A stretch of DNA of 64,000 nucleotides. Origin: Actinomycetes bacterium (GTDB lineage Bacteria; Actinomycetota; Actinomycetes; Propionibacteriales; Propionibacteriaceae). Made by a program: the position numbers and the translations under genes. Below the pieces are notes generated by a model. The model worked only from the letters and a program-made list of their open reading frames with translations. It was not told the DNA's origin and searched no databases. Positions 31,823 to 41,584 of this stretch are shown piece by piece. The stretch's first letter is position 1; each line of letters starts with the position of its first letter. The stretch lies in contig JAEZYG010000057.1 of the NCBI GenBank assembly GCA_023419175.1, forward strand, positions 1,122 through 65,121, in the 5' to 3' direction.

Positions 31823-31927
31823 TATTCTTCATTAAAAAGAAAGATGGAGATTCTTTTCCGCTCATGAGCTCTGCTCGATAGACCTGCCATATTTCGGACT
31901 ATCGTCTTCCTAAGCTACGGTTAAAGA

Positions 31928-32524
31928 GTGGAATTGATCATCTCTTCGGCTGTGATCTTCGTCCTCATCATGGATCCCCTTGGTAATGTCCCCCTTTTCT
32001 TGACGGCATTGCGCCATACGGAACCGATGAGACGACGCATGGTGCTCGTACGTGAACTGTGCATCGGTCTTTTCGTCATGCTCGTCTTCTTATTCTGTGG
32101 ACAAGGGTTTATGCGTCTGTTCCATCTCGAACAGTCTGCGTTGAGTGTCGCCGGAGGACTTATCCTCATGCTGATCGCCTTGCGTATGATCTTTCCCACA
32201 CCTGAGAAGAATCTGGCTGAACCAGTCTATGAAGAACCCTTCATCGTTCCTCTAGCCGTTCCCTATCTGGCCGGTCCTTCCCTGCTCGCCATGATCGTGG
32301 TCATGGTCTCCCAGAATCCAGACGGAATCTGGCTCTACCTTGTGGGGTTGATCGCAGCATGGACTATCAGTTCGTTAATTCTCTTTTTCTCCGATTTCCT
32401 CAACCGTTTAGTGGGCGAGAAAGTCTTGACCGCTCTCGAGCGTCTCATGGGCATGATCTTGGTCATCATCGCCACTCAGATGACCTTGGAGGGGATTGCG
32501 ACCTTCTTCGGATTTAGAGGTTGA
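31928..32524 (+). CDS. MarC-family membrane protein
   Basis: IMDPLGNVPLF, VAGGLIL, IVPLAVPYLAGP, ERLMGMIL. Confidence 0.93.
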   Translation: MELIISSAVIFVLIMDPLGNVPLFLTALRHTEPMRRRMVLVRELCIGLFVMLVFLFCGQGFMRLFHLEQSALSVAGGLILMLIALRMIFPTPEKNLAEPVYEEPFIVPLAVPYLAGPSLLAMIVVMVSQNPDGIWLYLVGLIAAWTISSLILFFSDFLNRLVGEKVLTALERLMGMILVIIATQMTLEGIATFFGFRG

Positions 32525-32667
32525 GAGAGTCGATGGTTCAGATAGTGGATAGCTCCATGAGATATCTCCTAAAGAGAGTGGTACGAACTAGGCTGATCTC
32601 AACAAGCGTTCACCTATCGAGGAGATGAGGATACGGTGAGGTCAATGGAGATAAAGAGGGTCTAACG

Positions 32668-33435
32668 ATGGGTTATCTGGTCAAATATATTCGCCATCAG
32701 CCGATCGGACGGATCGTCCTCAACGCTCCAGACAAACTCAATGCGATCGATCTGCCTATGGCAGGGGAGTTGCTGACAGCTTTCAGCCGTCTAGCCGATG
32801 ACCCTGAGGTGAAAGTTGTCATTCTTGAAGGTGCCGGCAAGGCTTTTTGTGCTGGAGGAGATCTGCGCTATTTCGCTGAAGGTATGCGTAGCGGATCTTT
32901 AGATATGGAAGGGTTAGCAAATAGTCTTGCCGATGTTCTTATCACCATGAAGACGATGAAACAGGTGGTGATCTCGAAAGTCCATGGCTGTGCTGCTGGA
33001 GCTGGAATGGGATTAGCTCTCAGTGCAGATCTATGTATCGCTGCTGAATCGACCCGTTTCATCCCCGCCTTCACCCAGGTAGGTCTGGCAGCCGATACGG
33101 GATTGGGACGTTTACTTGCCCGTCAGCTCGGGGCGATGAAAGCCGCCGAAATTCTCATTCTCAACCGATCATTGTCGGCTCCGGAAGCTGCCGATCTGGG
33201 ATTGATCGTTCAAAGTATTGCTGATGATGATCTCGATTCACACTGTGACGAATTGGCTCAAAGGATTCTCAGCGGACCTCTGGGAGCCTATGATGCGATC
33301 AAACAGCAGATATGGCAGGCAACATTCGCCGAAGCTGAGCCTTATCTGAGAGCAGAAGCTCATATTCAAGGCGGACGGGTGAAAAGTCCTGAATTCGTTG
33401 ATTATCTCCATCGCTTCTTGAATCGCCCACAGTGA
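32668..33435 (+). CDS. Enoyl-CoA hydratase/isomerase family protein
   Basis: LNAPDKLNA, AFCAGGDL, HGCAAGAG, ADLCIAAE. Confidence 0.9.
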   Translation: MGYLVKYIRHQPIGRIVLNAPDKLNAIDLPMAGELLTAFSRLADDPEVKVVILEGAGKAFCAGGDLRYFAEGMRSGSLDMEGLANSLADVLITMKTMKQVVISKVHGCAAGAGMGLALSADLCIAAESTRFIPAFTQVGLAADTGLGRLLARQLGAMKAAEILILNRSLSAPEAADLGLIVQSIADDDLDSHCDELAQRILSGPLGAYDAIKQQIWQATFAEAEPYLRAEAHIQGGRVKSPEFVDYLHRFLNRPQ

Positions 33436-33512
33436 GCTTTCTTTAGAAAATCCCCTCTCAATCTGTCATCGGCTAGGCTGGAGGCGTTTGAATCCAAATC
33501 AGGGGAGAAACT

Positions 33513-34445
33513 ATGGGGCGTTCGGTGGTCATCATCGGCAATTTTGATGGGGTTCATCGCGGTCATCAAAGTCTGTTAAGCCGTGCCCGCTCGATTGCTG
33601 ACGCTGAGGGGGACGATCGTCCGCTTTCAGTTATCGCTGTGACTTTTTGGCCTCATCCTGTCAGTGTGGTTGCCCCCGATAAAATGCCTCCATTGCTGTC
33701 AGATTTAGATGCTCGTATCGCTGCCTTGAAATATTACGGAGCGGACGAGGTTCATGTGGTCTCCTTCGATCAGGACATGGCTTCGTGGTCTCCTGAGCGA
33801 TTTATAGAATCGGTGCTCCTGCCTCTTGAACCTGAGGTGGTCATCGTGGGACAGAATTTCACCTTCGGGCATCGCGCTTCAGGTAATGCTGGAACACTTG
33901 CTCGCTATGGGGAAGGTCGTTTCCGTGTCGAGGCTGCCGTGCTGACAACGGTGGAGAAGATGCCTACCAGTTCGACAGCGATCCGTGAAGCGATCTTTTC
34001 TGGAGAGGTTGAGAAAGCTGCCCGATTGCTTGGGCGTCTCTATGCGGTGAGCGGTGTCGTCGTCCAAGGGGATCAACGCGGACGTTTGCTTGGCTTCCCC
34101 ACAGCCAATCTGATTGCTGACGAAAAAATAGCCATTCCCGCAGATGGTGTCTATGCCGGTTATTTAAGCTGTGGACAAGGGGATATGGCTCATATGCCCG
34201 CTGCTATCAGCGTGGGGACAAACCCGACCTTTGACGGTATCCAGCGCAGGATTGAAACCTATGTTCTTGACCGCAATGATCTGGAACTCTATGGAGTGGA
34301 AATTCAGGTGGATTTCGTTCAGCGTCTACGTGGACAGGTGCGTTTTGCTAATCTTGACGCTCTCGTCCAGCAGATGAATGAGGACGTCATGCGCATTCGT
34401 TCCCTCCTTGAGGATGATGATATGGAGACTGTTCGCTTTCTGTGA
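33513..34445 (+). CDS. ribF: Bifunctional riboflavin kinase/FAD synthetase
   Basis: IGNFDGVHRGH, SSTAIR, GRLLGFPTAN, GTNPTF. Confidence 0.96.
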   Translation: MGRSVVIIGNFDGVHRGHQSLLSRARSIADAEGDDRPLSVIAVTFWPHPVSVVAPDKMPPLLSDLDARIAALKYYGADEVHVVSFDQDMASWSPERFIESVLLPLEPEVVIVGQNFTFGHRASGNAGTLARYGEGRFRVEAAVLTTVEKMPTSSTAIREAIFSGEVEKAARLLGRLYAVSGVVVQGDQRGRLLGFPTANLIADEKIAIPADGVYAGYLSCGQGDMAHMPAAISVGTNPTFDGIQRRIETYVLDRNDLELYGVEIQVDFVQRLRGQVRFANLDALVQQMNEDVMRIRSLLEDDDMETVRFL

Positions 34446-34455
34446 TAAAATCAGG

Positions 34456-34530
34456 GGTTGCCGTATGATCGGCCGCGGCCTGGTAAGAGCTCCCATCGCA
34501 TCCGGCACGGGACGCGCCGCGCAACGATTC
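34456..34530 (+). promoter_or_regulatory. Putative actinobacterial S15 (rpsO) leader
   Basis: GC-rich 5' UTR with GCGGC/GCCGC pairing, downstream of a TAAAAT -10 hexamer. Confidence 0.5.
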
Positions 34531-34547
34531 GGAAAGGTTTGTACGTC

Positions 34548-34811
34548 ATGGACGCTGCTGAAAAGAAGAAGATCATTGAAGAATATGCCACTCATCCTGG
34601 CGATACTGGCTCTCCGGATGTCCAGATCGCTTTGCTGAGCAAGCGCATCGCCCATCTGACCGAGCATCTCAAGCAGCATAAAGGAGATCACCACTCCCGT
34701 CGCGGTCTGATGCTCATGGTCGGTCAGCGTCGTCGTCTGCTCAACTATGTGGCGAAGGAAAATATTGAGCATTATCGCGAGCTCATCGCTCGCCTCGGTC
34801 TGCGTCGCTGA
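34548..34811 (+). CDS. rpsO: 30S ribosomal protein S15
   Basis: [25 protein letters not shown]. Confidence 0.98.
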   Translation: MDAAEKKKIIEEYATHPGDTGSPDVQIALLSKRIAHLTEHLKQHKGDHHSRRGLMLMVGQRRRLLNYVAKENIEHYRELIARLGLRR

Positions 34812-34829
34812 ACGCATATCGACACTGTG

Positions 34830-34856
34830 AAGGGAGTGGCTGGAGTCACTCCCTTT
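34830..34856 (+). terminator. Terminator after rpsO
   Basis: AAGGGAGTGGC-tgga-GTCACTCCCTTT. Confidence 0.7.
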
Positions 34857-34960
34857 GCTCTATGTGCTGTGAAATGCCAAGAAAAAGCATTCAGTCGCGT
34901 AGATTAATAATGAACAACGACATATCGAGGTAGTGGGTGCGTATCGCGCACATCTGCGAG

Positions 34961-35014
34961 TTGGTCCTCGGTAGTGATCAGCGGAGACTGCCGCTGATCT
35001 CGATCGAAGACCGG
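34961..35014 (+). ncRNA. Actino-pnp cis-regulatory RNA motif
   Basis: GGTCCTCGGTAGTG...TCGATCGAAGACC outer stem with an inner GATCAGCGG/CCGCTGATC hairpin, immediately upstream of pnp. Confidence 0.75.
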
Positions 35015-35060
35015 CATCGACAATGACGACCTGGATATGTCCTGATGAAAGGACATCTTC

Positions 35061-37259
35061 ATGGAAGGTGAAAATCTCAAATTCTCTGAGGCCATTATCG
35101 ACAATGGCTCCTATGGAAAGCACGTCGTTCGCTTTGAAGCCGGCGTGCTCGCTCAGCAAGCCGATGGGGCAGCCGCCGTCTATCTGGACGGAGATACCAT
35201 GCTCTTGTCGGCAACGACAGCTCAAAAGACACCACGTGAATCCATCGACTTTTTCCCGTTGACCGTTGATGTGGAAGAGAAGATGTATGCCGTCGGACGT
35301 ATTCCGGGCTCTTTCTTCCGTCGTGAGGGACGTCCAGGGGAGAGCGCTATCTTGGCATGTCGTCTCATCGACCGCCCCATCCGTCCTGCCTTCGTCAAGG
35401 GTTTGCGCAATGAGGTTCAGATCGTCGTCACGGTTCTAGCTCTCAACCCCCAGGTTGAATATGACGTGATTGCGATCAACGCCGCTTCGGCGTCCACCCA
35501 GATCGCCGGTTTACCGTTCCACGGTCCAATCGGTGGTGTGCGCATCTCCTTGCTCGACGATCAGTGGGTATGTTTCCCCACCGTTGAGCAGGAAAAGACA
35601 GCCACCTTCTCGATGGTCGTTGCTGGACGAGTTCTAGCCGACGGTGATGTTGCCATCATGATGGTTGAAGCTGGAGGAACCGAATCCACATGGAAGAACG
35701 TCCAGGCAGGTAAGACCTCCCCGACTGAGGATGTGGTGGCAGCTGGATTGGAAGCTGCGAAACCGTTTATCAAGGCTTTGTGCGATGCCCAGGTTGAATT
35801 GGCAGCTCAGGTCAACAAGGAGACTTATCCTTTCCCTGTCTTTAAGGAATATGAAGACGATGCCTTCGAGGCCGTCAGCGCCTATGCTGCAGAAAAACTC
35901 GGTGAGATCATGCAGATCGCCGATAAGCTGGAGCGTCAAGATGCTGAGAAGGAATTGAAGAATTCCTGCTTGGCTGCTTTGCTGGAGCGCGAGGAATTTG
36001 CAGAGCGCGAGGTCGAATTGGCCAACGCCTTCAAAGGATTGACCAAAAAGATCGTGCGTACCCGTGTCCTCGATGATTCATTGCGTATCGACGGACGCGG
36101 TCCTAAAGATATCCGTCCCCTCTCGGCTCAGGTCGGTTTGATTCCGCGTGTTCACGGTTCTTCCCTCTTCCAGCGCGGTGAAACTCAGGTGATGGGCATC
36201 ACTACCTTGAATATGCTTGAGATGGAGCAGAAGATCGACACTCTCTCGTCGGTGACCGCCAAGCGCTATATGCATCAATACGATATGCCTCCCTATTCAA
36301 CAGGTGAGACAGGTCGTGTCGGTTCTCCGAAACGTCGCGAGATCGGACATGGCGCCTTGGCTGAGCGCGCTATCGTTCCCGTCTTGCCCACTCGTGAAGA
36401 ATTCCCCTATGCCATTCGTCAGGTTTCGGAAGCGATCGGTTCGAACGGTTCGACTTCGATGGGGTCGGTTTGCGCATCTAGCTTGGCTCTCTTGCAGGCA
36501 GGCGTCCCTCTGCGGGCACCCGTTGCAGGTATTGCTATGGGCTTGATGAGCGAGACCGATGAGGACGGACAGACTCGCTACCTGGCATTGACCGATATCT
36601 TGGGTGCTGAAGACGCTCTGGGCGATATGGACTTCAAGGTTGCCGGTACAAGCGAGTTCATCACCGCTCTTCAGCTCGATACGAAGCTCGATGGTATCCC
36701 CTCCGATGTTTTGGCTGCAGCTCTCTTACAGGCGAAAGACGCTCGAACGACCATTCTCGATGTGATGAATGAAGCGATTGAGACTCCAGACGAGATGAGC
36801 CAATATGCGCCGCGTATCATCACTGTCCAAATCCCTGTGGACAAGATCGGTGAGGTGATTGGACCGAAAGGTAAGGTCATCAATCAGATTCAGGACGATA
36901 CAGGTGCTGAGATCACTATTGAAGATGACGGAACGATCTTTATCGGCGCCACGAATGGAGAGGCGGCAGAAGCCGCTCGCACCATGATCAATGCGATCGC
37001 CAACCCTGCCATGCCGGAGAAAGGTGAGCGCTATATGGGAACGGTGGTGAAGCTGACAACCTTCGGCGCTTTCATTTCCCTCTTGCCTGGTAAAGATGGG
37101 TTGCTCCATATCTCGAAGATGCGCGCTCTCAATGAGGGTAAGCGTGTTGAGAATGTGGAAGATGTCGTCAGCGTCGGACAAAAGTTGCAGGTGGAAATCA
37201 CCGATATCGACGATCGTGGGAAGCTATCCCTCTCGCCAGTTATCGATGACGAGAACTGA
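35061..37259 (+). CDS. pnp: Polyribonucleotide nucleotidyltransferase
   Basis: [42 protein letters not shown] and S1 domains. Confidence 0.99.
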   Translation: MEGENLKFSEAIIDNGSYGKHVVRFEAGVLAQQADGAAAVYLDGDTMLLSATTAQKTPRESIDFFPLTVDVEEKMYAVGRIPGSFFRREGRPGESAILACRLIDRPIRPAFVKGLRNEVQIVVTVLALNPQVEYDVIAINAASASTQIAGLPFHGPIGGVRISLLDDQWVCFPTVEQEKTATFSMVVAGRVLADGDVAIMMVEAGGTESTWKNVQAGKTSPTEDVVAAGLEAAKPFIKALCDAQVELAAQVNKETYPFPVFKEYEDDAFEAVSAYAAEKLGEIMQIADKLERQDAEKELKNSCLAALLEREEFAEREVELANAFKGLTKKIVRTRVLDDSLRIDGRGPKDIRPLSAQVGLIPRVHGSSLFQRGETQVMGITTLNMLEMEQKIDTLSSVTAKRYMHQYDMPPYSTGETGRVGSPKRREIGHGALAERAIVPVLPTREEFPYAIRQVSEAIGSNGSTSMGSVCASSLALLQAGVPLRAPVAGIAMGLMSETDEDGQTRYLALTDILGAEDALGDMDFKVAGTSEFITALQLDTKLDGIPSDVLAAALLQAKDARTTILDVMNEAIETPDEMSQYAPRIITVQIPVDKIGEVIGPKGKVINQIQDDTGAEITIEDDGTIFIGATNGEAAEAARTMINAIANPAMPEKGERYMGTVVKLTTFGAFISLLPGKDGLLHISKMRALNEGKRVENVEDVVSVGQKLQVEITDIDDRGKLSLSPVIDDEN

Positions 37260-37281
37260 TTGGTATATGTCATGTTGATAA

Positions 37282-37310
37282 GAAGGTGGCAGCCTTAGGC
37301 TGTCACCTTC
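37282..37310 (+). terminator. Hairpin terminator after pnp
   Basis: GAAGGTGGCAGCC-tta-GGCTGTCACCTTC. Confidence 0.7.
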
Positions 37311-37358
37311 GTCGCATTGTTTTCCGCGCGTGATTTACGAGGTGGATAAGGAGAAAAG

Positions 37359-38099
37359 ATGATAAAGGTAGCTGTCTTTGGTGCTCAAGGCCAGATGGGT
37401 CAACGTATCGTCGAAGCCGTGAAAGACGCTGAAGGTTTGGAACTGATCGCCGCTATCGATGCTGCAGACGAGCGCGAACAGGCAGAAAAAGCCGATGTGG
37501 CAATCGACTTTACCCATCCCGATGCCGTCATGGACACGATCAGATGGTGCATCGATCACGGTATTCACATGGTGGTAGGGACAACCGGGTTCAATGAGGA
37601 ACGCTATGAACAGGTGCGTTCATGGCTGAACGATCATCCTCAAGTCAATATTTTGATCGCCTCCAATTTTTCCATCGCGGCCGTCTTGATGATGAATTTT
37701 GCCGCAAAGGCTGCTCCCTTCTTCGAATCGGTCGAGATCGTCGAATTGCACCATCCGCGTAAGGCGGATGCCCCTTCGGGTACCGCCACTCAAACAGCAC
37801 AGCGGATCGCTGCAAGCCGTCAACTATCTGGACAAGGCTCTATGCCCGATGCCACCACCTCTGCTCTTGAGGGAGCTCGCGGAGCTAACGTTGATGATGT
37901 GCGCGTTCATTCCGTGCGCTTGAGCGGGCTTTTCGCTCACCAAGAAGTCCTTCTTGGTAATCCTGGGGAGATGTTGACGATCCGCGACGATTCCTATGAT
38001 CGATCCAGCTATATGCCCGGTATTATCGCTGCCGTTAAAGCGGTTGGTCAGCGTCCGGGATTGACGATCGGTATCGACGAAATTCTAGGAGTGAAGTGA
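37359..38099 (+). CDS. dapB: 4-hydroxy-tetrahydrodipicolinate reductase
   Basis: GAQGQMG, IDFTHP, VVGTTG, ELHHPRKADAPSGTA. Confidence 0.96.
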   Translation: MIKVAVFGAQGQMGQRIVEAVKDAEGLELIAAIDAADEREQAEKADVAIDFTHPDAVMDTIRWCIDHGIHMVVGTTGFNEERYEQVRSWLNDHPQVNILIASNFSIAAVLMMNFAAKAAPFFESVEIVELHHPRKADAPSGTATQTAQRIAASRQLSGQGSMPDATTSALEGARGANVDDVRVHSVRLSGLFAHQEVLLGNPGEMLTIRDDSYDRSSYMPGIIAAVKAVGQRPGLTIGIDEILGVK

Positions 38100-38824
38100 T
38101 GGCTAAGAAGAGCTCAATACGCCCACTGCTTTTCGCTGTTGGCACATTATTGATTGTGATTGCTGTGCTTGTAGGCATCGATTACGCGGTGCGCGCGAGG
38201 GCTGTTGCACAGATTGAGAAAGTCGTTGCAGCTCAACTCAACGCTGACGATGTGACAGCCGAAATTCACGCATTTCCTGTCATAACGCAGATGTTGAGCG
38301 ATCATGCGCATCATATTTCGCTTCAAGCATCTCAAGCGACGCTGGGATCTGGAGACGATGTATTGAGGATCCGAGCGATCGATGTGGATATGAAAGATGT
38401 TCGTCATTGGGTGAACCATCGCGATCAGATGACGGCGGGACAGATACAGATGACAGGTCTTGTCCCTTGGGATGAATTTGCTTCCCAGATGGGTGAGGGA
38501 ATGACGATCGCCTATGAAGCTCCCGACAAGATGGTGATGGAATCTCCTATTAACTTGGGAACGACCACGGCGCAGATGCGCGTTGTTACCTCCATGCGCG
38601 TCGGTGATGATGGGGCTCTCTACCTGGATCATCCTCAGGTGAGCGTGGAAGGGTTATCCTTTATTCAAGATCTTGTCGATATGTTCGCTCAGCAATTGGA
38701 AAACCGTCCGCTGGCTCCAGCCATAGATGGATATCGCTATGACGATATCCAGATCACCGCTGAGGGGGTAAAGCTGACGATGAGCGGCAATGATGTTGAG
38801 GTGGCTCACCTCAATCAGAAGTAA
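38096..38824 (+). CDS. DUF2993/LmeA-like protein with an N-terminal anchor
   Basis: TM segment followed by DYAVRARA..., FPVITQML and a beta-rich body. Confidence 0.7.
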   Translation: MMAKKSSIRPLLFAVGTLLIVIAVLVGIDYAVRARAVAQIEKVVAAQLNADDVTAEIHAFPVITQMLSDHAHHISLQASQATLGSGDDVLRIRAIDVDMKDVRHWVNHRDQMTAGQIQMTGLVPWDEFASQMGEGMTIAYEAPDKMVMESPINLGTTTAQMRVVTSMRVGDDGALYLDHPQVSVEGLSFIQDLVDMFAQQLENRPLAPAIDGYRYDDIQITAEGVKLTMSGNDVEVAHLNQK

Positions 38825-38825
38825 T

Positions 38826-39362
38826 TTAGATCACACAGGTATGCATTCTGATCTGCCGTAGACGTAAATGGCCGTCCTCTGTTCCGATTTCGCGGTGGGC
38901 TTGATCGGCAGCCCACCCGAGATCGGTTAAGAATTTCCGGTGAGAATCGTCGTCGGTAGCAAGCCAGTGGCGGATGGTCGAAAAGCCATCCGCTCTTACC
39001 GTGTCGATCACCGCATGCATGAGGCGATCGGCGTGATCGCTTTCTCTATGCTCAGGGTGCAGATGCCATTCAACCAATTCCGCATCACTGATATCGGCAT
39101 CTGGGTCATCGTTGGGGCCGACCACTGCGAAACCGACCAGAGTGCCGTCTCCATCGTCTGCCACTAAAATACGCATGGTGGCGAGTGGGGGACGAAGGAT
39201 CGCTTCGCGCCATGATGTGCTCATCTGTTCATCGCTATAGCTGGTCAGAAGATCTTTATAGTGCTTGTTTCGAGCCATCGAGAGGCGTTGAATGGTAGCG
39301 ATCTGTTCAGCTTGAGAAGGTAGGGCGAGGCGTACAGATGCAGGGCCAGGATGAATGCTCAC
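38826..39362 (-). CDS. GNAT-family acetyltransferase (start uncertain)
   Basis: SVRLALP, LVGFAVVGP, HLHPEHR, RKFLTDLGW. Confidence 0.75.
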   Translation of the reverse strand: MSIHPGPASVRLALPSQAEQIATIQRLSMARNKHYKDLLTSYSDEQMSTSWREAILRPPLATMRILVADDGDGTLVGFAVVGPNDDPDADISDAELVEWHLHPEHRESDHADRLMHAVIDTVRADGFSTIRHWLATDDDSHRKFLTDLGWAADQAHREIGTEDGHLRLRQIRMHTCVI

Positions 39363-39432
39363 CCCACCTATGGTAGAGACTTCTTGACCCATGGGGCGAG
39401 GGGCTCGCCTCTGCACTAGAGTGGGGAGTGAT

Positions 39433-41139
39433 ATGAGTACTGATCTTGCACCGATACGGCCCGATACTTTGCGCATCATCCCCCTTGGAGGTTTGGGGGA
39501 TATCGGACGCAATATGACCTGTTTCGAGATCAATGGGAAGATCTTGATCGTCGATTGCGGCGTCCTCTTCCCAGAAGATCACCAGCCAGGTGTCGATCTC
39601 ATCTTGCCAGCCTTGCACTATTTGGACGATCGTCTTGACGATATCGTCGGTCTGATCCTCACCCACGGGCATGAGGATCATATTGGTGCCGTCCCCTATC
39701 TGCTGAAGCGCCGCCCTTCGATACCTCTCTATGGCTCGAAGCTCACCTTGGCTTTCGTCGATGGAAAGCTGAGAGAACACCGTCTGCGCAATGAGGCGAT
39801 CTATCATGAGGTAAAGGAAGGGGATGTCGTCGAGCTCGATGAATTCGATGTGGAATTCTTCGCTGTCAACCATTCCATTCCCGATGCTTTAGCTGTTGGC
39901 ATCATCACCGATGCGGGCACGGTATTGCATACCGGTGATTTCAAGATGGATCAGCTTCCTCTCGATGGACGTATCACCGATCTGAGAGGTTTTGCCCGCC
40001 TTTCCCATGAGGGAGTCGATCTGCTCATGGCGGATTCGACTAACGCCGAGGTTCCCGGATTTACCGCTTCTGAAAAGGATGTGGAACCTGCCTTGGAGAG
40101 AGTTTTTGCCACTACGGCAGGTGTTATCGTGGTCGCCTGTTTCGCCTCCCACGTTCACAGGGTGCAGCAGATTATGAATCTGGCTGTCGATTACGGACGC
40201 AAGGTGGTCTATGTAGGTCGTTCTATGGTGCGCAATATGACCACCGCTCAGCAGCTTGGCTATCTACAGGTTCCGGCGGGGACACTAATCGAGTTGAAAG
40301 ATATCGATAATTATCGTCCCGATGAGGTCGTCATCATCTCGACAGGTTCTCAAGGAGAACCTCTCTCAGCTCTGGCGAGGATTGCCAGACGTTCCCATCC
40401 GGTCATTGAGGTGGGACAATCCGATACCGTCCTTTTAGCCTCCTCATTGATTCCCGGTAACGAGAATGCTGTCTATCGGGTCATCAACGGTTTGATTCGT
40501 CTGGGAGCTAATGTCGTCCACAAAGGCAATGCTTTCGTCCATACATCCGGACATGCTTCAGCCGGGGAGCTGCTCTATACCTATAACGTGGTTCAGCCCA
40601 CCAATGCCATGCCGATTCACGGGGAGCCCCGCCATCTGGTGGCGAATGCGAAATTGGCTCGCTCTACAGGGATCGATCCGGCGTGCATCTTCGTCGTTCA
40701 AGATGGGGATGTGCTCGATATGACAGATGGGCAGATCTCACGGGCGGGACATGTCGATGCCTCCTATATTTTCGTGGACGGCTCGACTGTGGGAGATGTC
40801 ACAGAAGAATCTCTTAGCCATCGCCGAATCCTTGGAGAGGAAGGATTTATCTCGGTGGTTTGCGCTGTCGATCTCGATAAGGGCGCGATCGTAAGTCCGC
40901 CTACGATCAATGCACGCGGTTTCTTAGAGGATGAAACCGTTTTCGATGGTGTGGATGAAATGATCGCTGAGGCTGTCCATGAAGCTTTGAAAGATGGAGT
41001 TGCAAGCACATATGCCCTCCAGCAGGTGATGAGGAGGGTCATTGGACGATGGGTGGCGAAGACCTATCGCTCGCGTCCAATGATCGTACCGATGGTGATC
41101 GATATTTCCGCTCCTGACGTTGAATACGAGCCCAGTTAG
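39433..41139 (+). CDS. rnj: Ribonuclease J
   Basis: PLGGLGDIGRN, THGHEDHIG, HTGDFK, GSQGEP, HTSGHA. Confidence 0.97.
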   Translation: MSTDLAPIRPDTLRIIPLGGLGDIGRNMTCFEINGKILIVDCGVLFPEDHQPGVDLILPALHYLDDRLDDIVGLILTHGHEDHIGAVPYLLKRRPSIPLYGSKLTLAFVDGKLREHRLRNEAIYHEVKEGDVVELDEFDVEFFAVNHSIPDALAVGIITDAGTVLHTGDFKMDQLPLDGRITDLRGFARLSHEGVDLLMADSTNAEVPGFTASEKDVEPALERVFATTAGVIVVACFASHVHRVQQIMNLAVDYGRKVVYVGRSMVRNMTTAQQLGYLQVPAGTLIELKDIDNYRPDEVVIISTGSQGEPLSALARIARRSHPVIEVGQSDTVLLASSLIPGNENAVYRVINGLIRLGANVVHKGNAFVHTSGHASAGELLYTYNVVQPTNAMPIHGEPRHLVANAKLARSTGIDPACIFVVQDGDVLDMTDGQISRAGHVDASYIFVDGSTVGDVTEESLSHRRILGEEGFISVVCAVDLDKGAIVSPPTINARGFLEDETVFDGVDEMIAEAVHEALKDGVASTYALQQVMRRVIGRWVAKTYRSRPMIVPMVIDISAPDVEYEPS

Positions 41140-41249
41140 CCAGATATCATGAGAACTTGCTTATAGCTATTAAGTTCGCTACCCTGGTCAGGTTGCATCT
41201 TGTGAGAGATGCTCGAGAAACGACATCGATAGGATCGAGGAGAGCTGCC

Positions 41250-41435
41250 ATGGCTGCCGTGTGTGAGATCTGCGGTAAGGGTCCGAGCTTCGGTCACAAC
41301 GTGCCCTGGTCAAAGAAGAAGACCAACCGTCGCTGGAACCCGAATATTCAGCGGGTCCGTGCGGTCGTTGAAGGTGCTGCTAAGCGCCTCAATGTGTGCA
41401 CCGGTTGTCTGAAAGCTGGACGCGTTTCCCGCTGA
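41250..41435 (+). CDS. rpmB: 50S ribosomal protein L28 (Zn-binding type)
   Basis: MAAVCEICGK...RRWNPNIQ...CTGCLKAG. Confidence 0.96.
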   Translation: MAAVCEICGKGPSFGHNVPWSKKKTNRRWNPNIQRVRAVVEGAAKRLNVCTGCLKAGRVSR

Positions 41436-41450
41436 TTAGAAAACGTTGAT

Positions 41451-41480
41451 AACGTCCGTCACCTTATGTGGCGGACGTTT
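41451..41480 (+). terminator. Terminator after rpmB
   Basis: AACGTCCGTCAC-cttat-GTGGCGGACGTTT. Confidence 0.7.
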
Positions 41481-41584
41481 ATCTATACGGGGACTTTTCC
41501 AATTCCTTCTGAAAGGTCATATCGCTTTTCCGCTCAAGGTGGATATCGCGAGGGCAGGAAAGCTCACGAAGGGAAGCGGTAGAT

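Noticed and set aside
30204..31927. oriC at the polarity switch, given the DnaA-box-like sites
   Set aside because: Only two boxes, and no dnaA, dnaN, rpmH or parAB context; an inversion is more plausible
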